64,000 nucleotides of DNA. It comes from a virus. A program made the position numbers and the translations under genes. The notes beneath the pieces are model-generated. The model had not been told where the DNA came from, did not search any database, and worked only from the letters and a program-made list of their open reading frames with translations. This document shows, in pieces, positions 25,054 to 38,500 of this stretch. Each line of letters starts with the position of its first letter. The first letter of the stretch is position 1. The stretch covers positions 42,837 through 106,836 of IMG/VR virus record IMGVR_UViG_3300012943_000031, one strand, 5' to 3'.

Positions 25054-27513
25054 ATGGCAGCATCATCACCATATTCAGGAAACGATTATCAGGCAATATC
25101 CAACTTTAGACCTTACGAACTCCCTATAAATGAGATTGCTAAGGCTTCAGTTGCTATAGATGAGTTTTGGAAGGCAGGAGCAAGGAAAGTGAAGTCTTAC
25201 TATGACAACGCCTTGAATCTGGATTTAACTTTGGATGCCAATAAACAGGTGAAGAAAGAGTTCATGGATCAGGCTGAAAAACAGTTAACCAAACTTTCTT
25301 CTATGGACTTATCCGATCCCTCTGTCCAAAGACAGGGGTTTAATATATACAAGCCTCTTCTAAATGATAAGGCTATCATGTATGATAATCAGTTAACTAA
25401 GACATTAAAATCAATCTACACTGACGCAGAAGGTTACAAAAGAAGAAAACTATCTTCTACTGGAGCAGAAGGGGAAGGTTATACACAAAGAAATTTAGCA
25501 TATTCACTTGATGGATTTGAGAATTTCAACAAGGATTTACCCAGAGACCCTGCATTACTGGAAGAGTTGTATGGTAAATTAGGAAAAAGAAAATTTACAC
25601 CTTACTACAATCCAACAAAAGAATATGCATCTATCCTAAAGAATTGTAAAGGTTCTGGTGGAGAAAAGCAAGATGTAGCATCAAACTACATGTATTTTGA
25701 TAACTTCTCCAAAACTGGAGCAAACTCATCTGAGACATCTAACTGTTTTATGATGGGGTTATCAGAAAAAGCTAAAGAACAGATGGGTGTAGATGGTTGG
25801 GCATATTATAAAGCCAATCCAGATTTATTAGTAGCTGACCATCAACAGTTTGCATATGGTAGACAGGAAACTCAATTGAAAGCTGTTCAGGGTAAAATCT
25901 CTGCCATAAAAGCTGGAGGTATATCTGAATCTGAGAGAGCACAATTAAAAGAATTAGAAGACATGGTTCCTGCACTTCAAGCAGAAGTTGATAACCGTAA
26001 GAAGGAATATAATGAAATGGTTGGTGGAAATGCCATGAACTATGTTACTCAGAATTTCCAAACTTTAGCTAAGGGTATCTACTTAAATAAGAACTATGCT
26101 GCTTTAGGGGAAGCATTTAAGAGTGATGAAACATCACGTAAACTAACAGCTAATGCTGCCGGTATTGCACAGTTCAATGCTATTGAAAGAGCACAACAAA
26201 ATGAGTTAGATAGAGCAGCAGATAGGGAAAATATTATCCTACGTGCTATACTATCACGTAAATTGAAACAAGAAGCCGGAGAAATCCCTATGGATTTTGT
26301 TGATGTAATTACACCAGTAGCTACAGAAGATACTCCTGCAAATCAATATAATGAGAGTAGTTACCGTTCTGAATTGTCTACAGCTAGAGGTGCTTTGGAC
26401 AGAGCTTATCAAACTCTGACTTCCTACATTCTTTCAAAAGACCCTAATACAGAAAAGAGTGATTTTACTCATGCCTTCATATTAAACTGGGCTGACCAGC
26501 ACTCTAAGAAACCTGTTGAACAGCAGGATAAACAATTCAGAGAGTTAATGGAAGCCTATAATACTACTAAAGAAAACTTCTCAAATCTTGATATTAGAGG
26601 TAAAGCTGTTTATGCAACAGCAGAGAATCAGATAGGAATAAAGGGTAAATCATATGATGTTGGTGGAACCAAGTTTACATTTGACGAGTTATCAGCTTTA
26701 AGAAGAGGTCAGACTGTCAAAGGAGTACATTATGTACCGGGACAACAGATAAATTCAGGTATGGGAACCATATATCGTGAAGGATTCTATGCTAATGATA
26801 AAGGAGTAATCTACCAAGATGATCCTTATACAAAAGAAACTGAGAATATACAGAAGACCATTGATAAGTTATTCAATGATGACTATTATTCTACAAACCC
26901 ATATGCAACTCCACGTTTAGACCCTAAAAAGAATCCGGGAGTAGATGCCAGAATTAAAACAACTTTAGGTGTATCTGGAGACTCAAATGAGAAGAATGGA
27001 TACCGTCTATTTGGACATGATCCTTCTGGTAAAGACTTGTATGTAATACCTTTAGATGATGAAGGTAATGAGATCAATATGACAACAGATGATTCTGAAT
27101 ATGCCAAAGCATACAGAAGAAATCCAGCAGTTCAATTGAAGAGTATAGGTGGAAAGAATGTGGTGGTTATACCAAATGTATTACCTGCACTACCAGATAC
27201 TCCAACAACAGAACAACAGTCTCACATCAGTAGTATCAGAAGTTTCCAATCACTTATGGGAACTATGCTGAAATCTAAGACTGGATATTACAGTTCTGAA
27301 GATTTGAAGAATAGGGATGGAACTACATTTGCATACCCGAATGTCATGTTTAAAACACCATTTGGTGCTAATGTCAAGGTAAAAGCTGTACAAATGAATG
27401 GTCAGACCAAGTTAGTTCCAGCAGTAGAAAGAAAAGACGGAAGTTGGGATGACAACTATCAATCATTTACTACACCAGAAGAATTAGTACTTTATTTTAG
27501 AACACATAGATAA
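25054..27513 (+). CDS. Virion cargo protein
   Basis: 819 aa, helical, in crAss-type cargo cluster. Confidence 0.6.
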   Translation: MAASSPYSGNDYQAISNFRPYELPINEIAKASVAIDEFWKAGARKVKSYYDNALNLDLTLDANKQVKKEFMDQAEKQLTKLSSMDLSDPSVQRQGFNIYKPLLNDKAIMYDNQLTKTLKSIYTDAEGYKRRKLSSTGAEGEGYTQRNLAYSLDGFENFNKDLPRDPALLEELYGKLGKRKFTPYYNPTKEYASILKNCKGSGGEKQDVASNYMYFDNFSKTGANSSETSNCFMMGLSEKAKEQMGVDGWAYYKANPDLLVADHQQFAYGRQETQLKAVQGKISAIKAGGISESERAQLKELEDMVPALQAEVDNRKKEYNEMVGGNAMNYVTQNFQTLAKGIYLNKNYAALGEAFKSDETSRKLTANAAGIAQFNAIERAQQNELDRAADRENIILRAILSRKLKQEAGEIPMDFVDVITPVATEDTPANQYNESSYRSELSTARGALDRAYQTLTSYILSKDPNTEKSDFTHAFILNWADQHSKKPVEQQDKQFRELMEAYNTTKENFSNLDIRGKAVYATAENQIGIKGKSYDVGGTKFTFDELSALRRGQTVKGVHYVPGQQINSGMGTIYREGFYANDKGVIYQDDPYTKETENIQKTIDKLFNDDYYSTNPYATPRLDPKKNPGVDARIKTTLGVSGDSNEKNGYRLFGHDPSGKDLYVIPLDDEGNEINMTTDDSEYAKAYRRNPAVQLKSIGGKNVVVIPNVLPALPDTPTTEQQSHISSIRSFQSLMGTMLKSKTGYYSSEDLKNRDGTTFAYPNVMFKTPFGANVKVKAVQMNGQTKLVPAVERKDGSWDDNYQSFTTPEELVLYFRTHR

Positions 27514-30500
27514 TGGCAGATAACATATCTACTATACCATCAGAATTAGAAGTAGGTGTCTTTAGTGACAACCTACTTTCTACGCAATTAGACACACTGG
27601 AGAGGGTTCAATCTCTTTACAGTGATTTTAACGTGCCTGATATTCAACATAGCCCAATACCTACAGTACCTAAGGATATGTCAACAGACGATCTTCTTAA
27701 GACTAAAGGTATGTCCATGAATGACTTCCTGACATCAACTGATCCTAAGCTAAATGAAATAGCTAAGAATTATATGTCTCAGGATGCTGCAAGAAACAAA
27801 GCTTTAACCAAAGGTTATGGTTTAGATCATTTAGTAAAATACCAAGAAGGTCAGGACAAATATACAACTGACCATTGGTGGAGTGAAGCTGGTAAAACTA
27901 AGTTTGGCTTTAACCCCTATGCTACATTAGCAGAGAATGATGATTTCTACCACAAGAATGTATGGAATAACTATTCCCTATTTGGAAAAATATGGAGAGG
28001 TACAGGTACATTTGCAGGTAGAGCATTATCCAAGATCGTTACAGGACTTGTAGGTATGGTTGGTGACATTGGTGCAATGGCTTGGAATGGTATGGAGGAA
28101 TTAAATGAATCCTTAGGTGGTCAACAAAATAACTTCTGGGCTGACGTTTCTGACAACTGGTTAGCACGTAAGATGGAAGATGCTGATAACTATACAAAGG
28201 AACAAATCCTACCTACTTATAGATCAATCAATTATGATGATAAAGGAGCTTTTGCTAAACTGACAGACCCAACATTCTGGATGAATGATTTGGCTGATGG
28301 TGCAGGTTTCCTACTACAATTTGCTGTTCCCGGTACTTTATTTGGTAAAGCAGCAGTATTAGGTAAGGCAGGTAAGTTAGGAAGATTTGGAAAGTTAATG
28401 TCTGCTGGTGTAGGGGAAGCTACAACTGCTTCACGTTTAGCCAGAGGTACAGGTGCTGGATTAGAATTCCTAACAGGTTCAAGAAATGTAGGTGGTATTA
28501 CTGCTCACGTATTCAATACTACTATGGAGAGTGTAGCTGAAACTAAAGAAGGTTTCAATGCTACAGTAAAAGAATTAGTAGAGAAGGGTTACTCAGAACA
28601 TGAGGCTAAACAAATAGCTGCTGAAAATGCACCTTTCCAGTTTGGTACTAATATGGGTATCCTGTCATTCTCTAATGCATTTGAGAATAAATGGTTCCAA
28701 CAAGCTGTTGGAAATAGAATTAACCCATTCCGTTCCAAGATAAATGCTGCTGGTCTAATAGAAAATAAGACAGGTAATTTAGTTGGTAAATTCTTCACTG
28801 ATAACAAGTGGGGAAACCGTCTATACTATTATGGTATGAATGGTGCTAAAGCTGCTGTCATGGAAGGTTACTGGGAAGAAAATGCCCAGTTAGCTGCTCA
28901 ACGTGTAGCCAGAGGTGAATATGAAAGAAAGGGTGAAGATACTCCTTCTCAAGGATATACAGAGAAAGCTACCAATTTCTTCTCACAGTTAATGAAACAA
29001 ACTGTAGATTCTGCCAAAGGAAAAGATAGAGAAGCTGCTGACTCAATAATGGCTGGTGTTGTTATTGGTGTATTAGGTGGTGGTCTATTTTCAAAATTCT
29101 CAGGATCACGTAAAATACCTCAGGTAGATGCAGATGGAAACCCTCTGATGAACAATGGACTACGTGTTACCAAAACATCTTTCCTTCCTGAAGGTCAAAG
29201 AAGAAGGGAGAATAGAGAACATGCTGAAACTGTAGCAGCCGTTAAGAATGCTAGAGATGCATGGATGTCTATCAATACTATGCCTATTGATATTTACAAT
29301 GAGGATAAAACTATCAATGAAGAGAAAGCTCAGAGAAGAGTTGATGAACTAAATGAAAAATTATCCAAAGTTGCATCTGTATCCAATAGGAGAATCACAC
29401 TTGACCAATTAACAGACCCAACAGAGAGAGAAAATAAACAGTATTTATTATTCGGTGATTTTCTTAAAGCTCATATCCTGAATGGTACTGGTGAGGATTT
29501 AATAGAAAGAATTAAGAACTGGGGTAACAAGTCTGAAGATGAGTTAGCAATGTATGGAGTTGATCCTGAGATTGCTGAAAATCCTCTTCACTGGGCTAAT
29601 GTTGCACAGACTTTATATAATGAATACAAGAACATTGATGGTATCAAGTTCGTAAATCCTGTAAATGAGAAGACAGGTAAGAGAGAGACAACAGATGCTT
29701 ACTTCCAGAAGGAAAGAGCTATCAAGTCTCTTATATTTGACTATACTGCTCAGAGAGAAGCTTCAAAAATGACTGCTGCCAGATATGCAGAGTTAGAAGC
29801 TGAGAATAACCCATTCCGTTCTGTGGACACATTCAATTCATATAATGCATTGATTGCCAGAAGGAATGCACTAGATTATACCCTAAAACAAGATAATCTT
29901 GATCCGGACTCAAAAGACTTCTTCCAGAAGGATTTAGATAAGGTGAATGCACAGATTGAGATGAGAAAAAACTCACTTCCAGAACATGTTACTGGTAATA
30001 TCAGTGACATGGTATTTGAGAAGGATAGTGATATTGCTACTCAGGAAAGAGAGATCATGGAGTCCATAAATGATTACCTTGGGTATCAGATGGGTAAAGA
30101 GGACTTCTTACGTGCAGTAGAAGCTCATGACAAATTGATTAAAGAATACTCTGATCCTAATACAGGTATCCAGAAGTATAATGAGGTTGTAGATTATTGG
30201 GCAGATAAATTATCCAAAACACGTCTAGCTAAACTTGTAGATTTAGGTTATACTGAAGCTCAGGTAACTAACATGACTGAGGAACAACAACAAAAAGCTA
30301 TTGACTCAGGTTTAACAAGAGAACAAGCAGAACAACAAGCTGCCAACCCTCCAGCAACTCCTAAGGAAGAAGAGGAATCAACTACTCTTGGTAGAATCAT
30401 GAATCTGGTGAGTAAGGCTGGTATGGATGCATGGAATGGTATGAAGGATTTTGTTAGAAGCAAATTGAATTTAGACCCAGATGTGGCATCACTAGATGAG

Positions 30501-32549
30501 ATTAAGGAAGCTGCACAACAGAAAATGGATGAGAATAATACACCATCCAAAGATGACATAAGAAAACAACTATTAGCTGCTCTGAAAGAAATAGATGAGA
30601 GATATACAGATGAGAATTTGGATGCTGCTGCTGCACAATTAGCAGTTGCCATACAACAATCTCCTGAAGGATTTCCTCAGAATTTGAGGGATTTAGTAAC
30701 TCTATTTGTACAGAGTAAAGTAGAAGATGTTAAGAAAGGTGATCCAGAAGCTGACTCTAAGACTGAGAAACAACCTGCAACAGATGTAAATGCTGTTCCT
30801 AAGGTTGATGAACAAGCTAAAGATGTTGTACCAGAAGTAACACCTGAACCAGAAGACAATGATCTGGAAATTACTCCTACACCAACTGTAGAGGCATCAC
30901 CTACTGTAACAGTTGAGGTTCCTGATGTACGTACTAATGTAATGCCGTCTACTCTACTGGATGAGGTAAGAGAAGCATACCGTCTTCACCAACAGGCTTT
31001 GGAGAATGAAACAACATTCAAAGAAGAGGCTGAGAAGGAGGATATGAAAGTTCACAATAACAGGATTGATTACCACTCAGATGAAGGTAAATTTACAGGT
31101 AACATAAATGTAAATACATCCAATCCAAGAGATTTAGTAGATGGTAATCTGAAAACTGCCGACAATAATCTGGCACGTTTTAACTTTACTGACAACCTAT
31201 TGACAGGTAAATTAGACAGTAATGATTTTAAGATCAGATTAACACTATCTCAAAATGATGTAATTGTTGGTATAGTTGCCGACAAACAAGGTAACCCATT
31301 GAGTTTCAATGACAAAGGGATGCCAGTTAAGGAAGGTTTACCTATCCTTATGTACATTGATATGGAGATGTATGAGAAAGCAAATCTTGGAAAAAGAAGA
31401 CAGGATGTGGTTAAACCCCCATTCCCTCTTGCTCCATTGATGACTTTCATCAATCCTCTAACAGGAAAAACTGCCCTATATAATCTACCTCAAGGTGGTA
31501 AAATGGGTTCAGAGAGAACATTTGTTAACCCTCCTATTGAGTTACACCCATCATTTGCTGAGAAAGATGTAATGAGTATGCTGAAGGATAGTATCAGAAA
31601 AGGCACTGTAACAGCCTCTATCTCATTCCTTACACAAGGTATGTTATATAGGGAAGGTACTGACAATAGTTACTCAAATATACCAAAGAATGCTCCTACT
31701 AAATCTGCACAAGATTTATGGGAAAAGGGCCATCTAAGAGATGAAAGAGGTGAAATCCCTCTGGAAGACACTATAATGAATGGGGTTTACAGAAGAGCCC
31801 AACGTATTCAATTTAGACTATTATCTAATATCAACGATAGGAATGGTGGTTCAGAAAGTGCTGAGTTTCATGCACTTCCACTAGGAGAAGTTACAAATGA
31901 GAAAGGGGAGAAAATCTGGGATTTACTTAAAGCTGAGAATGGTCAGAATTTCTTTGAGGCTGCTATACAGGGTAATCTTGAGGCAACTAAAGAAAATCTT
32001 ACTACACTTAATGCATTGTTACGTCCAGATAAGTTCTTGGTTCTGAACTTAGGAAGATTGGGTAATGGTAACTTATTGGTTATCAACCTAAAGAAATTTA
32101 AGAAGTTCCTGAACACACCTGATGTGACACCTGAACAATTACGTGAACTAACTACAGTAGATGACCTGAAAAACAGTGAATTAAACTTCTCCAAGATATT
32201 CTATGATCTGGATGATGAGGTAGAATTGGCTCAGGGAGTTCTGGGAGATGGACGTAATAACTACATGCGTTTCGTCAACAGGAACGTAATGACTTCAGCC
32301 TCAACAATTAAAAAAGGAAATATTGAAGGATATAGTCGTATAAATAAAAGAATTGGCTTATCTTTGGATATGAATATGGATGATTTAAATAAGGCAGAGA
32401 ACCAAAGGGAGCAGGAAAATAAAGCCCCTAAATTAACAGAGGTTACAATTGAAGATGATATGAATGACAAGCAAAAGTCAGACTTACTATTCTCCAAACA
32501 TGAGGAAGAAGAAAACTTCGATGATGACTTCACAAAAACAGATTGCTAA
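27513..32549 (+). CDS. Large virion cargo protein with putative membrane-inserting segments
   Basis: 1678 aa; Gly/Ala-rich hydrophobic helices, MEGYWEENAQ motif; precedes RNAP. Confidence 0.6.
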   Translation: MADNISTIPSELEVGVFSDNLLSTQLDTLERVQSLYSDFNVPDIQHSPIPTVPKDMSTDDLLKTKGMSMNDFLTSTDPKLNEIAKNYMSQDAARNKALTKGYGLDHLVKYQEGQDKYTTDHWWSEAGKTKFGFNPYATLAENDDFYHKNVWNNYSLFGKIWRGTGTFAGRALSKIVTGLVGMVGDIGAMAWNGMEELNESLGGQQNNFWADVSDNWLARKMEDADNYTKEQILPTYRSINYDDKGAFAKLTDPTFWMNDLADGAGFLLQFAVPGTLFGKAAVLGKAGKLGRFGKLMSAGVGEATTASRLARGTGAGLEFLTGSRNVGGITAHVFNTTMESVAETKEGFNATVKELVEKGYSEHEAKQIAAENAPFQFGTNMGILSFSNAFENKWFQQAVGNRINPFRSKINAAGLIENKTGNLVGKFFTDNKWGNRLYYYGMNGAKAAVMEGYWEENAQLAAQRVARGEYERKGEDTPSQGYTEKATNFFSQLMKQTVDSAKGKDREAADSIMAGVVIGVLGGGLFSKFSGSRKIPQVDADGNPLMNNGLRVTKTSFLPEGQRRRENREHAETVAAVKNARDAWMSINTMPIDIYNEDKTINEEKAQRRVDELNEKLSKVASVSNRRITLDQLTDPTERENKQYLLFGDFLKAHILNGTGEDLIERIKNWGNKSEDELAMYGVDPEIAENPLHWANVAQTLYNEYKNIDGIKFVNPVNEKTGKRETTDAYFQKERAIKSLIFDYTAQREASKMTAARYAELEAENNPFRSVDTFNSYNALIARRNALDYTLKQDNLDPDSKDFFQKDLDKVNAQIEMRKNSLPEHVTGNISDMVFEKDSDIATQEREIMESINDYLGYQMGKEDFLRAVEAHDKLIKEYSDPNTGIQKYNEVVDYWADKLSKTRLAKLVDLGYTEAQVTNMTEEQQQKAIDSGLTREQAEQQAANPPATPKEEEESTTLGRIMNLVSKAGMDAWNGMKDFVRSKLNLDPDVASLDEIKEAAQQKMDENNTPSKDDIRKQLLAALKEIDERYTDENLDAAAAQLAVAIQQSPEGFPQNLRDLVTLFVQSKVEDVKKGDPEADSKTEKQPATDVNAVPKVDEQAKDVVPEVTPEPEDNDLEITPTPTVEASPTVTVEVPDVRTNVMPSTLLDEVREAYRLHQQALENETTFKEEAEKEDMKVHNNRIDYHSDEGKFTGNINVNTSNPRDLVDGNLKTADNNLARFNFTDNLLTGKLDSNDFKIRLTLSQNDVIVGIVADKQGNPLSFNDKGMPVKEGLPILMYIDMEMYEKANLGKRRQDVVKPPFPLAPLMTFINPLTGKTALYNLPQGGKMGSERTFVNPPIELHPSFAEKDVMSMLKDSIRKGTVTASISFLTQGMLYREGTDNSYSNIPKNAPTKSAQDLWEKGHLRDERGEIPLEDTIMNGVYRRAQRIQFRLLSNINDRNGGSESAEFHALPLGEVTNEKGEKIWDLLKAENGQNFFEAAIQGNLEATKENLTTLNALLRPDKFLVLNLGRLGNGNLLVINLKKFKKFLNTPDVTPEQLRELTTVDDLKNSELNFSKIFYDLDDEVELAQGVLGDGRNNYMRFVNRNVMTSASTIKKGNIEGYSRINKRIGLSLDMNMDDLNKAENQREQENKAPKLTEVTIEDDMNDKQKSDLLFSKHEEEENFDDDFTKTDC

Positions 32550-35500
32550 TGATTTGCGCATTAAATAAGACACAGAAAGAAGCTACACTTAAGTTACTTG
32601 GAAGACTGGTTACAGTCAACCAAGTTAGTTCTCCGGAAGAAATTCTGAAGAACGTATATCACGTTATATATGAGTCTTTTGTAAAGAAAGATATGCAGAA
32701 GGATGCTCAACAGTATTCTTTTGCCATGACTCAGTATGCTGCTGATAATCTATACCTTATATTAGACCCTAAAGATGAGGGATTAAGAGAGTTAGTTTCC
32801 AAGGTATTGGGAACATACTCACAATTCTCCATTGAGAATATTGAGAAGTTTAAGAATGAGGAAGAGTTAAGAAAACTACTGGGTCTTACTGAACGTAAGC
32901 TGGAAAATATCCCATCTACTGTATCAAGAGAGAGTGTAAGTACTCACTTAGAAAATATAGGGAAACAATTCACTCCTATTAAGGAGAAAGTTGGATATGT
33001 TAGAAGTAACATGTTAAATGCTCCTATATGGAAATTCCCTATTGCCAAAACTAAAGATGGTACACCTATTAAATTAGCATCAGTATCTGACTTCCTTAAT
33101 AAAGCTACAATCAAAAATGTAGTTCCGGCAGATAACCTGAGAACTCGTGCTGGTACATTAACTGACTCAGTAATCAGAAAATTCTTCAGAAATCCTGTTA
33201 CTTATGAGCAGTTCCAAAAGAATATGCTTACTGACAAAGAATTCGTGGAGTCATTCAAACGTTTCTCTGAGAACACATCTATACCTAAAACAGAGGGTAC
33301 TACACCTATCCTAAACAGATATATGGATGATTATCTGAATGATATGATGTACGCCATCAATTTCATCCAGAGTAATTATCAGGATGCCTACATAACTGAT
33401 TTGGGTACTATAATCGATAATTCTTCTCTGTCTCAAGAGGAGAAAAAGAAATTCTACATCTACTCAGCAGAGATTGGATTAAGAGGTGAGTTAGACTTAA
33501 TTGCCATCAAACCAGATGGTACATTCACTGTCATAGATATTAAAACTACCGATGGTTACAATACTCCTACTCAGGAAAGTAAGCATGGTAAACAAGTAGC
33601 TGTATATGATATGATTATGCAGACTGTTACTGGATTAAAATCATCTGGTAATCATGACGTTATATATCTGACTACCTTTATGAATAACCCAACAATTGTG
33701 ATGGGTAAGAAAGGCAATGTAGGTAACTATAAAATCTCTATCTCAGGATATGAGAAGAAATCATTCAAAAACTCCCACCCTGAGTTATTACAGAAAGAAA
33801 TCAATGCCTACAAACAACAGATTGATAGTATATATCAGAAGACTGCACCAATCAAAGATGACAGTTCTGATGTAAAACCATTCAACCCATTCTCTCCAAT
33901 TAACTTTGGAAGAGGTAGAATAAAACCGGGTGACAAAGGATTAAAGATGTCCTTTAGCCCTAATGATAAATTATCTACAAGAGAATCATTACAGGCTGGT
34001 AAAGCATGGCTTCAATCAGTATTCCCAGAATTAGGTGATGCAGGAGTTCAAATTATGAAGATTGCTAACTCTCCTGTAGGTGGTGAATTCTTCATAGATG
34101 TAATAAAATTATATGAGAAATCTAATGAGGGTGTAGCTTATCACGAAGGTTGGCACAGATTCACTCAGTTATACATGACTAAAAGAGAGAAGACAAATCT
34201 CTACGATAAAGTTAAAGGAGAGGGTATTGAATTTACTACAAGAGATGGTAGAACCCTGAATACTGAGGATGCTGACTTCTATGATATTGAAGAGTTCATG
34301 GCTGAAGAGTTCCGTAAATATGCACAAAACCCTTCTGCTTATACATTCCCTAAGGGAAATCCTGCTCCAAAATCTTGGTTCAAAAAGATATGGGCAGCTA
34401 TCAAAGCAATTGCCCAATGGTTCAAGAGTAATGGGTCATTCTCTTATAATGATCTATTCAATGAATTATATACTGGAACATTCAACAAAACTAACTTCAG
34501 TGTAAATAATGCCATCTTTACCCATATGAATTCATTTTTCGTGGATTCAGCTACAGGTAAGGATACTGTATTAGATAACATTACATTCCTGAAATTTAGG
34601 GACTTTACTGACTATACATTAGGACAGTACCTATCAGTTAATGATATTACTGTTACAGACCTTCTTACTACTGAGGGTCTCAAAGAATTAAATGAGTTAG
34701 TAAAACAGACACTGATTAACAAAAAGAATCAGTTAGATATAACACGTTCTGATCTGAAAAATGAGATAGATGCTACTGAGGATGAGAGTGTTAAGGAAAG
34801 AATGAAAGCTAGTGATGAGTCACTGAAATTCTATCAGGATGCTCTGAACACTATTCTGGAACAGAATGGTAATGAAGACTTCATTAAGTTTGCTGACTTC
34901 ATGCGTGCATACTTCAAAACATCTCAGTATCAGTCACTTAGAAAGTTCGTTGGTAAAAACCAAGAGATTGTTAACCAAATAGTTAATGAAGAAAGTTTAG
35001 CTGACTTTGAGAAGGAAGAAGAGGTAGGAGAAGAATTAGATGACATGGATAACAAGCCAGAAGAATCATCTGATTATGAGTATAATAGATCAGGTAATGA
35101 GAAAGAGGCTATTAAGAATGCTAAAGATGAGTTGAAAGACTTCTTTGCTGCCATACCTCGTCACAAAAATGCTGATTTAGTATCAGAGAGTGATCCTTCC
35201 TTATATGAATATGATAAGGGTGGTCTACCTGTTACCTTATCTAAACAGGAAGCTTTCTATAAAACACTGAGAGTATTACAAGGTTCTCTGACACTTAGCA
35301 ATATTATTAATCGTCTGAATGATCCAAATAACTACCTGACATTCCCTGAGTTACTATCAGTGAAGGAGAAATTATTAGGTTCATCTGGAAATGAAGGATT
35401 AATTCCTAAACTACAGAGACTATCTACTTCTATGATGGCAGGTTCTGCCACAAGAGATGAGGTACAGGAACATACAAAACTGATGTCATTCCTGATGCAC

Positions 35501-38500
35501 TTCACTCATGTAATGTCATTACGTAATGTGGATTTCGATACATTTATCATCAAACAGAATTACTCACAGGATGATGATGCTATCCGTGCTGTATCTCCAC
35601 TTCAAACAAGAGAGAACTATGAATCTATTATCTTCTCTATTGTAAATGATTTCACAAAAGGCTTCCAGTTAAATACTGAGAGAAAATTCATGAACGGTGA
35701 CAGAACTTACCTGAATGTATATGAGGCAATGTATAACATCTTCGGAAAAGGTGACAAAGGATTGACAGATTTCATGACGACATTTGGTAATGAGGAATTC
35801 ATTTATGATCCTCAGTACAAGAAATTCTTCTTCAATTCCATGAATTTATTCAAGAAGTTTGATACAACTAACCCTTCTGACAGAGAGATGAAAGACTTTT
35901 TCACATCTTTAGGTATCAATCTGAATGATAAAATCTACTCAAACGACAATGACAGGAGAGAATTACTGAATGTCTACAGAAGAATGAGGGATATTGTATG
36001 GGCATTCCACCGTAAAACAGGGGATGACATTACACGTTTATTTGGTACAACTAAGATTACTAACTTAGTTGCTCAATGGAAAGCTGCCAAAGATGTAGCA
36101 GCAAACCCTCAATTAGAAGGTATGCAACGTTTCATGGCTAACCAAAATCTGATGGATGTTGAGATAGAGTTGAATAAATATGTTCGTATAATATTCTCAT
36201 CTAATCCAGTAGAACAAATGTTGTTCGATGGTAGAGATAGAACTCTTATGATGAAAAATAGTAAGAACAAAATCTTTGGTGCTAATGAGATGTTATTCCG
36301 TCAGTTAGCTAAGATTGAAAAGAATTATCACAAACGTTTCTCATCAGGTTCTATGATTGTTGTAGACAAACTACAGTTCTCATTCTTCCTACCGAACAAT
36401 ATGATCGTTACAGAAACAATTGTAAATGACCATATCAGAAATATAACTGACTTTGCTAAGTATCCAGAGGTAGCACACCTTGATCCTGTAATCAATCCAG
36501 CAGTACTTAACTCCGTGACATTCAGCAAGATATTTGCACAGGATGGTAGTAAACGTCCTAATATGAGATTAGGTGTTTCCAATATCTCTCAGGTATCTGC
36601 CATCAATACAGATGAAAGTGTAGAGAGTAAAAGAATGCAGGATTTGAAGGAAGATGAGAAAATCCTAGTGGATTTCCTTATGATGTTAAGTGAAGGTTCT
36701 GCTGAAATCAGAAGACTAGAGACTTCTAATACTGCCTACCGTCTCTCCATACAGGAGACAGAAGGTAATATGAAAAGGTACATCAAACCTGTTAAGATAA
36801 CAAGACAGGATAACTTTACCAACCCAACATTCCTATCTATTGTTAGAGGATATATTCAACATGCTGCATTCAAGTGGCTGTATGACCAAAACCCAGACAA
36901 TAGAAAGTTAGACGTAAACTATGCTGGTAAGGACACATTAGGTGTATTTGATGAGATGTTACCTCTATCTGCATCCAAAATCAAGACATTTATTCTTGAT
37001 AATGGGGGTGATATGAATACCCTTATGGCTCGTATTGAGAAGAAAGATAATGAACTATTCAAATCAATTAATAAAGAAATTGTTGAATATTTTGAGGATG
37101 TGGCAATAAATAACCCAGACTCATACAAAAATGTATTCAACCAAAAGTTATCAGAGAAAAGTAAAAATGTACTGACAAACTTATCTAATATCCAAAGTAA
37201 CAAGACGTTCATAACAACTGATTACTTAGGAAATGTGGATGATTACTTATTCCGTGACTTCATTGCTAATGACTTTATCATGGCAATGGAAGATGCTATC
37301 CTATTCTTTGGAGACTATACATACTATAAAGACCCTATCAAGAGACGTAAAATCATTGGTAACAATGGTTCTATCAATATCGTGGATGGTATTATCTCTG
37401 ATGCCATATCAGCACAAAAAGCTGTCAACTCAGTTACTGGTATTTACCAGAAAGCTAAGGGTGTTACGTCTGAGAAAGATAATAGACTAGTTAGAAAAAC
37501 TGTAGTTAGTGATGTCAAAATGAACAGTAAATTACTGAACAGAAATGACAAAGGTGAGATGGAAATGGCTGTTAAAATCCAGATGCTTAGAAAGCAATTA
37601 TATGGAAAAGATGTGCCATTAGATCAGATTGAGGAAGAGAAGAAAGAAACAATTGCTGCCTTCACAGATATGGAGGTAGGGGATGCTGCTGCATGGATCA
37701 ATCTTGACACTTATCGTCAGATGAGAATGAGAGAAATGACATGGGACTTGGATAAAGATGAGAATGAATTTTACCGTCAGCAATTAATCCTGAAGGAAAA
37801 ATTAGGTGACCAATTAACTGAAGAGGAAAGAGACTTTGTTGATCGTGGCCCTTACTCTGGATTTAATGTGGCTAAATATGCCATGACTGGCCCAGTTTAT
37901 AGTAATGAAAGTATGCCATTCAAACCCGGCTTTGATAAGATGGGTCTAAGACCACTTCTACCTGAGATAGATTGGAATAGAGGAACACGTCCTATATTTG
38001 AAAATATTATGGAGAAGGACTTGGATTACATGGTATTTGACACAGGTTCTAAAGTATACAAACCAGCTATATCTAAGGTATTTGCAGGAAATGGTATTAA
38101 GAATGTGTTGAATAAAGAGAGTGCTGTTTACTCAGAACATGCTGGTGGTTTCTTCAAATATCAGCAGAATACAACACAATTAAATGACAAATCTACATTC
38201 TCTGTACAGTTACGTTCTATCTTCTACGAAATCATGCTAATCCAGAAACAGAATGGAAATGTATCTCCTAACCTGACTAAGGCTTACAATAAAATGATTA
38301 AGTCATTGTCAGATTACATTACTATTAACTCATCACGTTCTCTAACTGAGATGGGATTAGATATTAATGGTAAGATCAGAGATCGTTCTACCTTCATTAA
38401 CTATCTGAAAGCCAGATTGTTAGATATAGGTGGTGTGGATGAACAGTTGATTGATTTACTAAACATGAATAATAATGGAGAGTTATCTACATATCTTGAG